The notes: generated by a model from the sequence alone, not told the origin. Shown: positions 47,407 to 56,689, counted from the stretch's first letter. The stretch is DNA of 64,000 bases from a virus (IMGVR_UViG_3300013767_000112:439-64438); one strand, 5' to 3'. A program made the numbers and translations.

Positions 47407-47709
47407 ATGGCGGACTGGGATGAAGCCACGAAGCGGCAATTCGCGCGATTCGAAGCCATGGGCGAGGCCCAAGTGCGCGCCGCGCTCGAAAACAATACGC
47501 TTGGAGTTCGTCGGCCGTATGCCAAACGATGGTTGGCACATCTCGATGCAGAGCGCCAAGGCGTTGATGAGGATCTGGCGGAACGCGCTGTGATCGCGGC
47601 GGAGGTGTCAGCCGCAGCAGCGGAGAAATCAGCGCGCTGGGCCGGCTTGGCTGTGTTCATTGCACTCGCGGCCTTGGTGGTTGCGGCGTGGCCATACCTA
47701 CCCAAATAG
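47407..47709 (+). CDS. Antisense moron, C-terminally membrane-anchored protein
   Basis: GGGAGA RBS; C-terminal WAGLAVFIALAALVVAAW TM helix. Confidence 0.7.
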   Translation: MADWDEATKRQFARFEAMGEAQVRAALENNTLGVRRPYAKRWLAHLDAERQGVDEDLAERAVIAAEVSAAAAEKSARWAGLAVFIALAALVVAAWPYLPK

Positions 47710-47746
47710 GGCGCGCGACAGTTGCTTGGAAGGCGGCGATCCAGCA

Positions 47747-47983
47747 TCATGCCCTCTTCCCCTTGATCCACTCGCGGCGCTGCGCCGCCTTCTCGTCGCC
47801 GATCGGCTCGTACTTCTGGCATGCCAGCGCCTCGGCACTGATCCAGCGCATGGCCAGGGCCTCATTCAGGCACCGGCCCATGCCAACGCGCGCATGGGCG
47901 CGATCGCTAGCAGTCAGGTGCGCCTCCCCTTCCCCGGTGCGCGGCTTCATGGTGAAGCGGTCACAGGTGATGCACTGGCTCAT
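47747..47983 (-). CDS. Small Cys-rich (Zn-binding) phage protein
   Basis: MSQCITCDRF...GRC...C; ATGA overlaps on both sides. Confidence 0.65.
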   Translation of the reverse strand: MSQCITCDRFTMKPRTGEGEAHLTASDRAHARVGMGRCLNEALAMRWISAEALACQKYEPIGDEKAAQRREWIKGKRA

Positions 47984-48942
47984 GCTTCGTTCCCTCCGTT
48001 GGGATAGAAAGCGGTCATCAGGCGCTCGGTCATGGCCTCGTCCCGCGCGAACTCGTTCAGCAGTGCCTGGCGCCACGGACCCTCCCCGGCCTTGCGGCAC
48101 ACGCGGATCTTGAGCGTCAGGAAAATCTCGCCCTCCTGCTGCTTCAGGCCCAGCTCGGCGGCCTTGGCCTCGATACCTGCGGTGGTCAGCCACCACTCGG
48201 CTGCCGTGGAGGACTTGCCAGCGGCCGCTGCGCTGCCACCGGCATTGGCCCGTTCGCGCTCAACCCACGATGCTTTGAACCCAGCCCAGTTCGAGTCGAC
48301 CGAGTACTTGACGGCCTCGGCGGCAGTCATGCCCACCTTCGCGGCCTCGGCCTTGACGGTGTCCCACGCGGTCGGCGTCAGCGGCAGGCGCTTGGCCTTG
48401 CGCAGCGTCAGCCAATCACGCGCCACCTTTTTGTCGACGCCATCGGCAACCAGGTGCTTGGCCGTCAATGCAGCCGGATCGGCGTCGTCGCCCTTGGGCG
48501 ACCCTTTACGGTTACCTGATGGTTCACATGGTGGTTCTTTACGGTTTGGGTGCACCTCCTGCGGGGGTTGGTGCATCTGCTGCGGGGGTTGTGGTGCATC
48601 TGCTGCGGGGGTGGGTGCATTTGCTGCGGGGTGCATCTCGTGCGGGGTGCATTTGCTGCGGGGTGCATCTCCTGCGGGGGTGTCGGTGTAATTTCCCGGC
48701 GTGAGAACGTAATTGGTGCTGCGGCCATTCACACGCTCGGCACGCAGCAGGCCGTTCTGCTCCAGCCACTTGATTGCGTTCTGCACGGCACGCTCGGAAA
48801 AGCACGTCCGCATGGCGATCGTGTCGATGGACGGCCAGCACACGCCTTGGTCGTTCGCGTTGTCCGCAAGGGACATCAGCACCGACTTTGGCGTGGGCGG
48901 CATTTGCAGCGACCAGCACTGGGACATGATCAGCGTGCTCAA
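47980..48942 (-). CDS. Phage replication initiator with N-terminal HTH
   Basis: KSVLMSLAD.ANDQGVCWPSIDTIA.RT..SERAVQNAIKWLE; TTG start with RBS; internal iterons. Confidence 0.85.
   Translation of the reverse strand: MSTLIMSQCWSLQMPPTPKSVLMSLADNANDQGVCWPSIDTIAMRTCFSERAVQNAIKWLEQNGLLRAERVNGRSTNYVLTPGNYTDTPAGDAPRSKCTPHEMHPAANAPTPAADAPQPPQQMHQPPQEVHPNRKEPPCEPSGNRKGSPKGDDADPAALTAKHLVADGVDKKVARDWLTLRKAKRLPLTPTAWDTVKAEAAKVGMTAAEAVKYSVDSNWAGFKASWVERERANAGGSAAAAGKSSTAAEWWLTTAGIEAKAAELGLKQQEGEIFLTLKIRVCRKAGEGPWRQALLNEFARDEAMTERLMTAFYPNGGNEA
48549..48679. repeat. Iteron-like array (7 copies of GGTGCAYYTSCTGCGG[GG]); probable phage origin
   Basis: Direct repeats starting at 48549, 48570, 48593, 48614, 48630, 48646 and 48662 inside the initiator gene. 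Confidence 0.8.
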
Positions 48943-49418
48943 ACGCTCCCTCCACGCTTCCCCCGGCCGGCCAGCTTCACGGCGCGCACCGGCACCCAGC
49001 GGGCGTAGGCATCGTCCCAATAGTCGCGGCGCTCTTCCTTCGTCAGCCAGTTGCCTTGATCGATCGCGTGATGGCACCAGCCACAGCCCGGTACCGTCTT
49101 CTCGTCGTCTGCCTTGATCAGCATGCCCTTGCCGTGCTTCTGCTGGTTGCTGTGGCAGTCGACAACACTGTCAAGGTCGTGCGACGGCGCGCCAGGGATC
49201 AGCAAATAGCAGGGCTCGCCTCGGCAGGCCAACGCATAGCGGCGCTGGGCCATCGGCCGGCGTTTCGGGCGGCTCTTCTTCATCGGCGTGCGTGCGAGCT
49301 GGCTGTCACCAGGCTTCAACCCGCATGTCCGCTGCATGGGCGCTTTCTGTCGCAGCGGCGTGCTGCGCGTCAGCAAACCGCCGGACTCGAGTGGCGCACG
49401 ACGGCTAAGCATCCGCAA
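48939..49418 (-). CDS. DUF1364-like His-Me finger nuclease-domain protein
   Basis: ACRGEPCYL.IPG...VV.CHSN...HGKGM.IKA.D...GC..CH..ID. Confidence 0.75.
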   Translation of the reverse strand: MRMLSRRAPLESGGLLTRSTPLRQKAPMQRTCGLKPGDSQLARTPMKKSRPKRRPMAQRRYALACRGEPCYLLIPGAPSHDLDSVVDCHSNQQKHGKGMLIKADDEKTVPGCGWCHHAIDQGNWLTKEERRDYWDDAYARWVPVRAVKLAGRGKRGGSV

Positions 49419-49549
49419 CTCCCATCTGCAGACCTGCGGCTAGCGCCATGGCGCGCAGGAGTTCTTCCCACGTTCCGCGACCCGAAATGCCGGTCTTCCG
49501 GTTGGTGTATGCTCCGTCTTCCGCCTTTAATTCAAAGTAGGGAAAATCA

Positions 49550-49813
49550 ATGACGGTCAAAATCAAAGACTTTAAAGTCGACATGGAAGTCAAGAACGCG
49601 GGTATGGAACTTGAGATCCGCGGCTCTGGGGACGAATTCCTCGGCGATCTCATCGTGACGAAATCCGGCCTGACGTGGTGCAAGGGCAAGACGCAAAAGG
49701 CAAACGGGCAGAAAATCTCCTGGAAGGAATTTACGGCGTTCGTGGAAGCTAAGGCCGAACAGAAAGCCGCCAAGAAGACGACTGCAAAGAAGGCCCCGAG
49801 TAAATCGGCCTGA
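49550..49813 (+). CDS. Antisense moron, small beta protein with Lys/Ala-rich tail
   Basis: Clear RBS, protein-like composition, KAAKKTTAKKAP tail. Confidence 0.75.
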   Translation: MTVKIKDFKVDMEVKNAGMELEIRGSGDEFLGDLIVTKSGLTWCKGKTQKANGQKISWKEFTAFVEAKAEQKAAKKTTAKKAPSKSA

Positions 49814-49862
49814 TCTGTCGGCGGCATGAGGCCTATCTCTGATGGGCCGCACTGAAAGCTGG

Positions 49863-50117
49863 TCATGCCGCTCCCCTCCGCTTCTGCGTTGCGCGTGCCG
49901 ACGTGCTAGGCAACTCAAGCTCGTTGGCGCGCGTCACAGCATCTCTCCCCTTGCCTACCCAACCCAGTCTGCCTGCCCCACGGCGCGCAACGATATAGGC
50001 TTGGCTCCATTCCCGACCCGCATCGGTGTCAGCCGGATACGGATTTCGATTCATCCCCTCGCGGGCCGCGTGGGCGGCCTCTTCGCGGATCGACTGACGC
50101 GACTTGATCTGGTCCAT
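49863..50117 (-). CDS. Hypothetical phage protein
   Basis: AGGAGA RBS, NPYP...W motif. Confidence 0.65.
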   Translation of the reverse strand: MDQIKSRQSIREEAAHAAREGMNRNPYPADTDAGREWSQAYIVARRGAGRLGWVGKGRDAVTRANELELPSTSARATQKRRGAA

Positions 50118-50135
50118 AGTCGTCTCCTGGCCTGA

Positions 50136-50402
50136 TCAGTCGGAAGGCTGCTGATTGGGTTCGAATCTCGCACCATTTCCGCGCGCGACATTCCGCCGTT
50201 GTTCGGCTAACTTTTCCATATCGTCCGGATACGCCCAATGGCAGATGATTTCGCGCACGAGTTCGGCACGTGTCATGCCGGCTTCGCGAGCCTTCTGTGT
50301 CAGGTGCTCCCCGACGATCTCAGGCAGATCGGTTTTCACCGGGTCGGTCAGCTTGCCCAACGGATGGTTGTAGGCAGAGCGGGACATGTCGATGCTTTCC
50401 AT
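50136..50402 (-). CDS. Ribbon-helix-helix-like regulator at the cII position
   Basis: VKTDLPE...LTQKAREAGMTRAELVREII. Confidence 0.6.
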   Translation of the reverse strand: MESIDMSRSAYNHPLGKLTDPVKTDLPEIVGEHLTQKAREAGMTRAELVREIICHWAYPDDMEKLAEQRRNVARGNGARFEPNQQPSD

Positions 50403-50546
50403 GTTCACTTTCATGCGCGACGTCTGTTGCTGGTTATATGGAGCCCCGCGCGGTTAAGCGCGTCGGGGAAAGCCGCCAAGGGGGTGCGGGCGGCCGGGGT
50501 ACTCGAAAGAATGGAAATACCGGTCTGTAGAGAGGGAGGCGGAACA

Positions 50547-50843
50547 ATGGCGACAGGCGAAGCGGCAACCATCACAGCGAATCCGCTGACCGAACACGAT
50601 CTGGAGCACCGCAGCGTGCGGCTGCAACTGTTCGTCCTGCGACAGCTCGTGCTCCGGCTGTACGCCGACGTGCACGGCGAAGCAGCCCGCGGCATCGTCA
50701 GGACCAACCTGGCGCTGATTCAGGAGGCCAGCACTGATGTCACGCGCCACCCTGCGGAGCAGGCCATGCTTCTCGAAGAGACCGCGGAAGTTCTGGCGGA
50801 CTTTCAGGAGCATGTGGACTTGATCCACGCGGGCGCGCTGTGA
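50547..50843 (+). CDS. Antisense moron, helical hypothetical protein
   Basis: GGAGG RBS before ATG 50547; amphipathic helices. Confidence 0.6.
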   Translation: MATGEAATITANPLTEHDLEHRSVRLQLFVLRQLVLRLYADVHGEAARGIVRTNLALIQEASTDVTRHPAEQAMLLEETAEVLADFQEHVDLIHAGAL

Positions 50844-51048
50844 AGGCGGATCGCTCAAAGCTCCCTGCCCTGCTCGGCGCTGGCCATAGCTGGCGCACGG
50901 CGCTGGATAAGGCGACAGCCCGGCAACCGACTCGGCCGCCGACGGCGCTGCGTTCTGTTGCGTTTGACGTTGGGTCATTCGGTGGTCGGGCGCCTGGAAT
51001 AGAAAGCCCATGCGCGGGGACGCATGGGGAAAACCGCCTGCGGGTCAT

Positions 51049-51315
51049 TCAAGCGGCCGGGTAATCAGTGAGAGCGCCTTGCCCCATCGCTGCCAACTCA
51101 GGCCAGACCTCGGCCCAATCCTCTCGGAGGTCCTGGCGCTTCACGGCGCCGTTCGACGCGCGCTCAATTGCCACGCACAGTTCGCACCGGAACTTTTGCT
51201 TGGTGCTGCTCGCCTTGCGCATGTAGCCCTCCGACGTGCCACACCTGCCGACGAAGTCAGCGCGAGCGTGCTTGTTGAGGGAGTTGATGTACGCGATGAG
51301 TTTGTCCATGCGCAT
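51049..51315 (-). CDS. cro: Cro-like (YdaS family) repressor
   Basis: HTH plus AIERASNGAVKRQDLREDWAEVWPEL; divergent from cI. Confidence 0.8.
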   Translation of the reverse strand: MRMDKLIAYINSLNKHARADFVGRCGTSEGYMRKASSTKQKFRCELCVAIERASNGAVKRQDLREDWAEVWPELAAMGQGALTDYPAA

Positions 51316-51317
51316 AT

Positions 51318-51372
51318 ATTACAAAAACGTAATGGCGTGTCAATACATTTTTGTGATTTACCAAAAGGTAAT
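51318..51372. promoter_or_regulatory. OR-like operators (3 sites, consensus ATTACA-N4-TGTAAT)
   Basis: ATTACAaaaaCGTAAT 51318, AATACAttttTGTGAT 51342, TTTACCaaaaGGTAAT 51357. Confidence 0.75.
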
Positions 51373-51392
51373 GCGCCTCGATAATTCCCACC

Positions 51393-51947
51393 ATGACAAC
51401 CGCAGACAACCGCCGCCGTCGCCTTGACGTGCTCATCCGGGAGAAGTACCGCTCCCAGGCGGAGTTCATCCGGCAGACGGGCGAGAACCAAGGCGCCATC
51501 TCGGCAATATTGAAGGGGGTGCGGCCCTTCGGAGAGAAGAAGGCGCGCGAAATTGAGCGGAAGGCGGGGATTGATGGCGGGTGGCTGGATCGCGCCGACG
51601 ACTCACCCGCCACGCGCTCTGGCGACGAGAGCCGAGCGCCTACCGTCTATGACCCGACTGCAGGTACTGGGGAAATGCTTCGCCAAGCGGAGGAATTTGC
51701 AGCACGTGCGGGAAAGCTCCGGGAGATGCAGATCGCCCAAGCGTCAGCCGTGCTGGCCGCGCTATCCGACGGTGCACTATCTAAGGCGCTTGGCCTGCTT
51801 CTGGATTTGAAAAGTGCCGAGACAGCCCAGACGACCACGGCGCAGGCTGAGCCATCGGAGTTGCCGAAGCTCCCCCGAAAGAAGAAGGTGATTGAGTTCA
51901 CCGGCCACCATCCGAGCGAGACCACAAAGAAGCGTGGAACCAAATAG
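51393..51947 (+). CDS. CI-like repressor, XRE HTH, no S24 peptidase domain
   Basis: SQAEFIRQTGENQGAISAILKG..FGEKKAREIE...GWLD; C-terminus lacks the Ser/Lys peptidase motifs. Confidence 0.8.
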   Translation: MTTADNRRRRLDVLIREKYRSQAEFIRQTGENQGAISAILKGVRPFGEKKAREIERKAGIDGGWLDRADDSPATRSGDESRAPTVYDPTAGTGEMLRQAEEFAARAGKLREMQIAQASAVLAALSDGALSKALGLLLDLKSAETAQTTTAQAEPSELPKLPRKKKVIEFTGHHPSETTKKRGTK

Positions 51948-51972
51948 GAATCCGCTTTGATATGCACCCCTG

Positions 51973-52000
51973 AAACCCGCCACCAGGCGGGTTTTTTATT
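51973..52000 (+). terminator. Rho-independent terminator after cI
   Basis: AAACCCGCC-acca-GGCGGGTTT followed by a T tract. Confidence 0.85.
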
Positions 52001-52155
52001 GCCTAGTGCACTCACGTTGGCGACATCCAGCATTAATGCCAGGTACGAAAAAGTGAACAAAGCCCAACTTGCGTAGGGTTTTCCACTACGCCCAGCACCC
52101 CCTCGTAATGCTTTTGAAAGGTTCGGATCGTCCGCGCCACGACTAGAAGAAAAGC

Positions 52156-52452
52156 ATGAAATCGGTAATTGACCTGGCCGCCTTTCGGGAACGGCGCGCG
52201 CAGGCTGAAGGGTGTCATAAACTGTGGCCGCCGGACGATCTCCGCGACGATCAAATCCAAATCCAACTTCAGCCGGACGGCTCCTATAGAGCCACCATCA
52301 CAGGCATCTACGCCGACGACTCCACCATTGCGATTGAGGTCATGGTAGATGCCATCAGGCATCTCGCCGCCGAATCCCCTCTCTTCGCTATCAGGCAGAT
52401 GGCATCAGCCATCAAGCAGCTATCTGGCGACGCCAAGCATCGGACAGGCTGA
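52156..52452 (+). CDS. Hypothetical protein (immunity region)
   Basis: 98-aa ORF with VIDLAAFRERR start. Confidence 0.6.
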   Translation: MKSVIDLAAFRERRAQAEGCHKLWPPDDLRDDQIQIQLQPDGSYRATITGIYADDSTIAIEVMVDAIRHLAAESPLFAIRQMASAIKQLSGDAKHRTG

Positions 52453-52467
52453 TACGCCGCCCGAAAA

Positions 52468-52510
52468 ATTACATTTGTGTATTGACGAAGGAATTACACT
52501 TTTGTAATCT
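52468..52510 (+). promoter_or_regulatory. PL-like early promoter with two operators
   Basis: TTGACG (52482)-17 nt-TAATCT (52505), overlapped by ATTACAtttgTGTATT (52468) and ATTACActttTGTAAT (52493). Confidence 0.8.
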
Positions 52511-52556
52511 ACATCCATCAGCACGCCGCCAGCACGAAAAGAGCAGCGGTCAACCG

Positions 52557-52937
52557 ATGGAGAGAAGCATGTCACCGCAAGAGATCGTCAGCAGGATCGC
52601 GCCGGAAGCGCGCACCCAAGCCCTGATCACCTTTCTGAGCATCTGCGACGGTCAGCCGATCGGCCAGCCGCAGCAGCTCGCGCTCTACAACTCGCTGCGC
52701 GCAGAACTGCTGGCGCAGGCTGGCGTTCGCCCGTCCGCACCGATCCGCGAGAGCCACCGCCCGAGTGGCACCGGTGGCGTACATACCCTGCGCTGCACTG
52801 ATCTGGAGGTTCTGAACGAGCGCGCCCACGTTCTAGTGGCCAAGATTGACACGCATCGCAGCCCGACGATCGGCCAGTTGCGCTTCAATCCGGCGCGGGG
52901 TGAGCACGTCCTCGAAGTTCGCTACTACGGGGTGTGA
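52557..52937 (+). CDS. Early hypothetical protein
   Basis: First ORF after PL; start may be 52557 or 52569. Confidence 0.6.
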   Translation: MERSMSPQEIVSRIAPEARTQALITFLSICDGQPIGQPQQLALYNSLRAELLAQAGVRPSAPIRESHRPSGTGGVHTLRCTDLEVLNERAHVLVAKIDTHRSPTIGQLRFNPARGEHVLEVRYYGV

Positions 52938-52942
52938 GCGCC

Positions 52943-53383
52943 ATGGCGAAGCAACTCACACACCAACAAGTCTCGGCCCTGCCGCTCCGCCAACAGGCCT
53001 TGGCCACAGAAGCGCGCCGCAACAGTGCGCGCCTGCGGGAAATCAATCAGATGGCCGCGTCGCTGGCGCTGCTCGAAGCGCTGCAGCCCAAGATCAAGGC
53101 GGCCGGCCACACCCTCTACGCAGACTGCATCTCGCCGGCGTACGGCAAGAGGCAGACGCTCCGAATTACCACGCACTTCACGTCTGCCGAGGTGACTCTC
53201 GCCAAGGCGCTGCTGACAGTCGGTTTCGCGATCGTGGAGCGCGACGACGGCGCTCTCCGCACGGTCCTGTTCAAGAAGGGGCGACTGGGCATTCAGGTGT
53301 TCATGTCGGAAGAAAACCTGGCGCGCGCCGAACAGGCATTCTCGGATGCATCCACGCCCGCCACCACCGGGGCGCCGGCATGA
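52943..53383 (+). CDS. Early hypothetical protein
   Basis: ORF in coupled early operon. Confidence 0.65.
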   Translation: MAKQLTHQQVSALPLRQQALATEARRNSARLREINQMAASLALLEALQPKIKAAGHTLYADCISPAYGKRQTLRITTHFTSAEVTLAKALLTVGFAIVERDDGALRTVLFKKGRLGIQVFMSEENLARAEQAFSDASTPATTGAPA

Positions 53384-53661
53384 CCACCACCGTAACCATC
53401 CACCTCAACGGCACCGAGCTGAAGGTAACCGGCACGTACCACCGCGCCTATGCCGCCACGCTCGAGCAGCCAGGTGAAGAAGAGTCGTTCAGCGTCCACA
53501 CCATCACTGACAGCGGCATCGACGTCACGGATCTGCACGACGTCGAAGACGACGAGATCACCGGCTTGGCGCTCGAGGCCTACCACAGCCTGCAGGCCTA
53601 CTACGAAGAAGAAGCCGCCGACGCCGCCCGCGACGACCGCCTCATGGAGAAGTGGGCATGA
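53380..53661 (+). CDS. Small acidic early protein
   Basis: ATGA overlaps at both ends; very Asp/Glu-rich. Confidence 0.7.
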   Translation: MTTTVTIHLNGTELKVTGTYHRAYAATLEQPGEEESFSVHTITDSGIDVTDLHDVEDDEITGLALEAYHSLQAYYEEEAADAARDDRLMEKWA

Positions 53662-53789
53662 ACGTCTGGGAATTCATCTACGAATTCGAGCGCCGCCATC
53701 CGTGGTGGTTCGGTGTCCTGATCACGCTGGCCATCGTCCTGCTCTACGCCGCTGTCGATGACAGCGCCTCGCTGTTCATCCATCCGTAG
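53658..53789 (+). CDS. Small membrane protein (43 aa)
   Basis: Manual translation; TM WWFGVLITLAIVLLYAAV; coupled start. Confidence 0.6.
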   Translation: MNVWEFIYEFERRHPWWFGVLITLAIVLLYAAVDDSASLFIHP

Positions 53790-53798
53790 GAGCCCGCC

Positions 53799-53933
53799 AT
53801 GCCGTCGCTTCGCAAGTTCCGAGTGGTCATCGACAACAAGACCGAATACATCGCCGTCGCTCAGTGCAGCGTCGACGTCGTCATCCAGGCGCTGGAGAGA
53901 GGCGCCACCAAGATCAAAGTCACTTCCATCTGA
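53799..53933 (+). CDS. Small hypothetical protein (44 aa)
   Basis: AGGAG RBS, MPSLRKFRVVIDNK... Confidence 0.6.
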   Translation: MPSLRKFRVVIDNKTEYIAVAQCSVDVVIQALERGATKIKVTSI

Positions 53934-53941
53934 GGGGCACC

Positions 53942-55189
53942 ATGGAATCAACCGAAATCGAAGTACTGGACGCCGCGCAGGCCGAGCCCAACGCCATCGC
54001 CGTCCTGCAGTTCGACGCATTCGACGCACGCGTCCAAGAGTTGCGCGGAGCAGCCAAAGAAGCCTTCGACGTCACCACAAAGGACGGCAACAAGGCCGCA
54101 CGCGAATTCGTGCAGCGCTGCGTCGGCACGCGAACGGAGGTTCAAGAGGCCTATGACCTTTGGAATCGCCCTGTGATGAAGATCCAGAAGCAGGCGCGCG
54201 AGAAACGCGACTTTGTCATCGCCGAGGTCGAGAAGGTGGAAGGTCCAATCAAGGACCAGATCAAGGCCGACGAGCGCCGCAAGGAAGAAGAGCGCCTTGC
54301 GAAGGCTAAGGCCGAAGCCGCGCGCGTCAGCGCCCACCAGGCTTGCCTGAATGCGATCGCCATGCTGCCGCGCGACTACCTGTCGGCATCGTCCGCAGAC
54401 GTGGCGGCCGCCATTCATGACTTGGCATCCCCCGAGTACCTGGGCCAGCGCAACTGGGAGGAATACGCCGACCAGGCCCAAGAAGCCGTCGACACCGCCC
54501 TGACAACCCTGCGCGCCCACCTGGAAAACGCCAAGGCGCGCGAGGAACTGGCCACGATGAAGGCGCAGCAGGAGGCCGAAGCCGCTGCCCGCCGCGCCGA
54601 AGAGGAAGCGGCCGCCGCCGAGCGCCAGCGCGTCGACGCCATCAAGGACCATATCCGCGCGATCGAGATGGCCCCTAACACCTGCATCGGCCTGGGCGTG
54701 ACGCAGATTCAGCAGCGTATCGACGCTATGGCCCGTGAGGCTGCCGACGACTTCGCCGAGTTTCAGGCCGATGCCGGCGCTGCGATCGAAGCCGCGTTGG
54801 GCAACCTGAACACCATGCTGGCCGCCGCGCGCGATGCCGAAGAGCTGGAGCAGTTTCGCGCCGACAAGGCCCGCCGCGAGCAGGAAGCCGCTGCGGAGGC
54901 CGCCCGCAAGGAGCGCGAAGAGCGAGAAGCCCAAGAAGCCGCGGAGCGCGCCGAACGCGAGGCCGAGGAACGCCGCCAGGCTGAAGCCCGCGCCGCGGAG
55001 GAAAAGCGCCAGCACGATGAAGCCGAGGCCCGCCGCCGCGAACAGGCTGCCGCCGAAGCTGCCGCCGCGCGCGTGCGCGCACAGGCCGGCACCCTGCTCG
55101 CCCTGCTCACCGAAGCCCGCGCCCACGTGCCGGCCGGCGATCTCGCCGACCGCATCGACGCCGCCATCGCAACTGCTCGCGGGGAATAA
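53942..55189 (+). CDS. Long coiled-coil phage protein
   Basis: GAGGGG RBS; Glu/Ala/Arg-rich helices. Confidence 0.75.
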   Translation: MESTEIEVLDAAQAEPNAIAVLQFDAFDARVQELRGAAKEAFDVTTKDGNKAAREFVQRCVGTRTEVQEAYDLWNRPVMKIQKQAREKRDFVIAEVEKVEGPIKDQIKADERRKEEERLAKAKAEAARVSAHQACLNAIAMLPRDYLSASSADVAAAIHDLASPEYLGQRNWEEYADQAQEAVDTALTTLRAHLENAKAREELATMKAQQEAEAAARRAEEEAAAAERQRVDAIKDHIRAIEMAPNTCIGLGVTQIQQRIDAMAREAADDFAEFQADAGAAIEAALGNLNTMLAAARDAEELEQFRADKARREQEAAAEAARKEREEREAQEAAERAEREAEERRQAEARAAEEKRQHDEAEARRREQAAAEAAAARVRAQAGTLLALLTEARAHVPAGDLADRIDAAIATARGE

Positions 55190-55194
55190 ACACC

Positions 55195-55836
55195 ATGGAA
55201 ATCTCAAAAGAAGCCCTCGATGCCATCCGCACCACTGCGGCCGCACTGGACACGAATCTCCACCCCGGCCCGATCGGCCACATGGGAGTGTTCTTTGCCG
55301 CCCTAGCCAAGGCACAAGGCGCCTTCGAGCCGGTCATCACGAACAAGACCGCATACGTGAAGAGTGACAAAGGTAACTACCAGTTTGGCTACGCCAGCCT
55401 GGCGGAAATGCGCTCGAAGACGACACCGCACCTGTCCGCAAACTCCATCTGCCTGACTCAACTGGTTACCGAGACCGAGAACGTGACCGGCATTCGAACG
55501 ATCCTCGGCCACGAATCGGGATCGATGATGGAAGGCACGCTGCGCATCCACCGCGCCGACTACAAGAACGTGAAGGACTTCGGCGCAGCGATCACCTACC
55601 TGCGCCGCTACGTTGTTGGGGCAATGCTTGGCATCGCGGCCGATGAGGACATCGAGAACGACGAAAGCGAGGACGATCGTCCCGGCCCGATCAATGCGGA
55701 GGTGCACCCTGACATGCGCGACGCCACCAGCATCGGCGCACTGAGCAAGGTCATGAACGGCCTGAGCAAAGAGGACCGCGTCAAGTACAACGACTACTAC
55801 AACCAGCGGACCCAAGAACTGCGGGAGGCATCGTGA
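55195..55836 (+). CDS. erf: ERF-family single-strand annealing protein
   Basis: ALAKAQ, YQFGYASL, TIL.HESG, GAAITYLRRY...LGIA. Confidence 0.9.
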   Translation: MEISKEALDAIRTTAAALDTNLHPGPIGHMGVFFAALAKAQGAFEPVITNKTAYVKSDKGNYQFGYASLAEMRSKTTPHLSANSICLTQLVTETENVTGIRTILGHESGSMMEGTLRIHRADYKNVKDFGAAITYLRRYVVGAMLGIAADEDIENDESEDDRPGPINAEVHPDMRDATSIGALSKVMNGLSKEDRVKYNDYYNQRTQELREAS

Positions 55837-56069
55837 TCACGCCAGCCCAATGTGGTGAAAAGGCCGAAGCCATCCTTGGCACGTATGTGACCGATGTCGG
55901 CGCCTATGGCGATGCCGACGCGGTGGCGAAAGTCCTCGAGCTACTGATCAGCAAGGCAGCGCTTGGCATCGCCATGACGAGCGGCGAGGACCGCGCGCAC
56001 AAGGTTCTGATGCGCACGTCGATGAACGTCCAACGCGTGATCGAGGGGAGCCGAGCATGCGCATCGTGA
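55833..56069 (+). CDS. Hypothetical protein
   Basis: Coupled ORF between erf and the exonuclease. Confidence 0.6.
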   Translation: MITPAQCGEKAEAILGTYVTDVGAYGDADAVAKVLELLISKAALGIAMTSGEDRAHKVLMRTSMNVQRVIEGSRACAS

Positions 56070-56689
56070 CATGCCAGCAAGGCGATGCCACTTGGCACGC
56101 GAGCCGCGCTGGGGTGATCACCGCCAGCATGTTCCGTGTCGCTCGGTCTCGTAAAAAGAACGGCGAGCGCACCGACGAAGCTCTCAACTACGCCTTCCGC
56201 CTGGCTATCGAGCGTATCAGCGGCTCGCCGCTGGATAGCGGCTACGAGACGTGGCAGATGCGTCGCGGCCAAGAACTGGAGGCTGACGCCCGCATCGCAC
56301 ACCAGGCCGATATCGGCGAGTTCGTGCAACCGGTCGGAATGGTGCTGTCCGACGACGGCAACTTTGGCGCGAGCGCCGACGGCTGGATCCGCGATGACGG
56401 CGGCGCCGAGTACAAGTGCCTCATTGCGCCGGACGAGCTGCGCACCGTGCTGATCGACCACGACCTGAAGAAGTTCGATGACCAGGTGTACGGAAACCTG
56501 TGGCTGTCGGGCCGCGCCTGGTGGGATTTCGGTTTGTACTGCCCCGCCCTCAAGGCGATCGGCAAGGACTTCTTCCGCTGGCGCATCAAACGGGACGACG
56601 ACTACATCGACGCGATGGTCGAAGACCTCCTGGCATTTGACCGGCTCGTAGAGAGCAACGTAGCCGAGCTGCGCAAGCTGGTCGCCTGA
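56057..56689 (+). CDS. YqaJ/lambda-exonuclease-family recombinase
   Basis: QQG..W...R.G.ITAS, M.RG.ELE, GASADG, EYKC, QV...LW.SGR.WWDF. Confidence 0.9.
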   Translation: MRIVTCQQGDATWHASRAGVITASMFRVARSRKKNGERTDEALNYAFRLAIERISGSPLDSGYETWQMRRGQELEADARIAHQADIGEFVQPVGMVLSDDGNFGASADGWIRDDGGAEYKCLIAPDELRTVLIDHDLKKFDDQVYGNLWLSGRAWWDFGLYCPALKAIGKDFFRWRIKRDDDYIDAMVEDLLAFDRLVESNVAELRKLVA

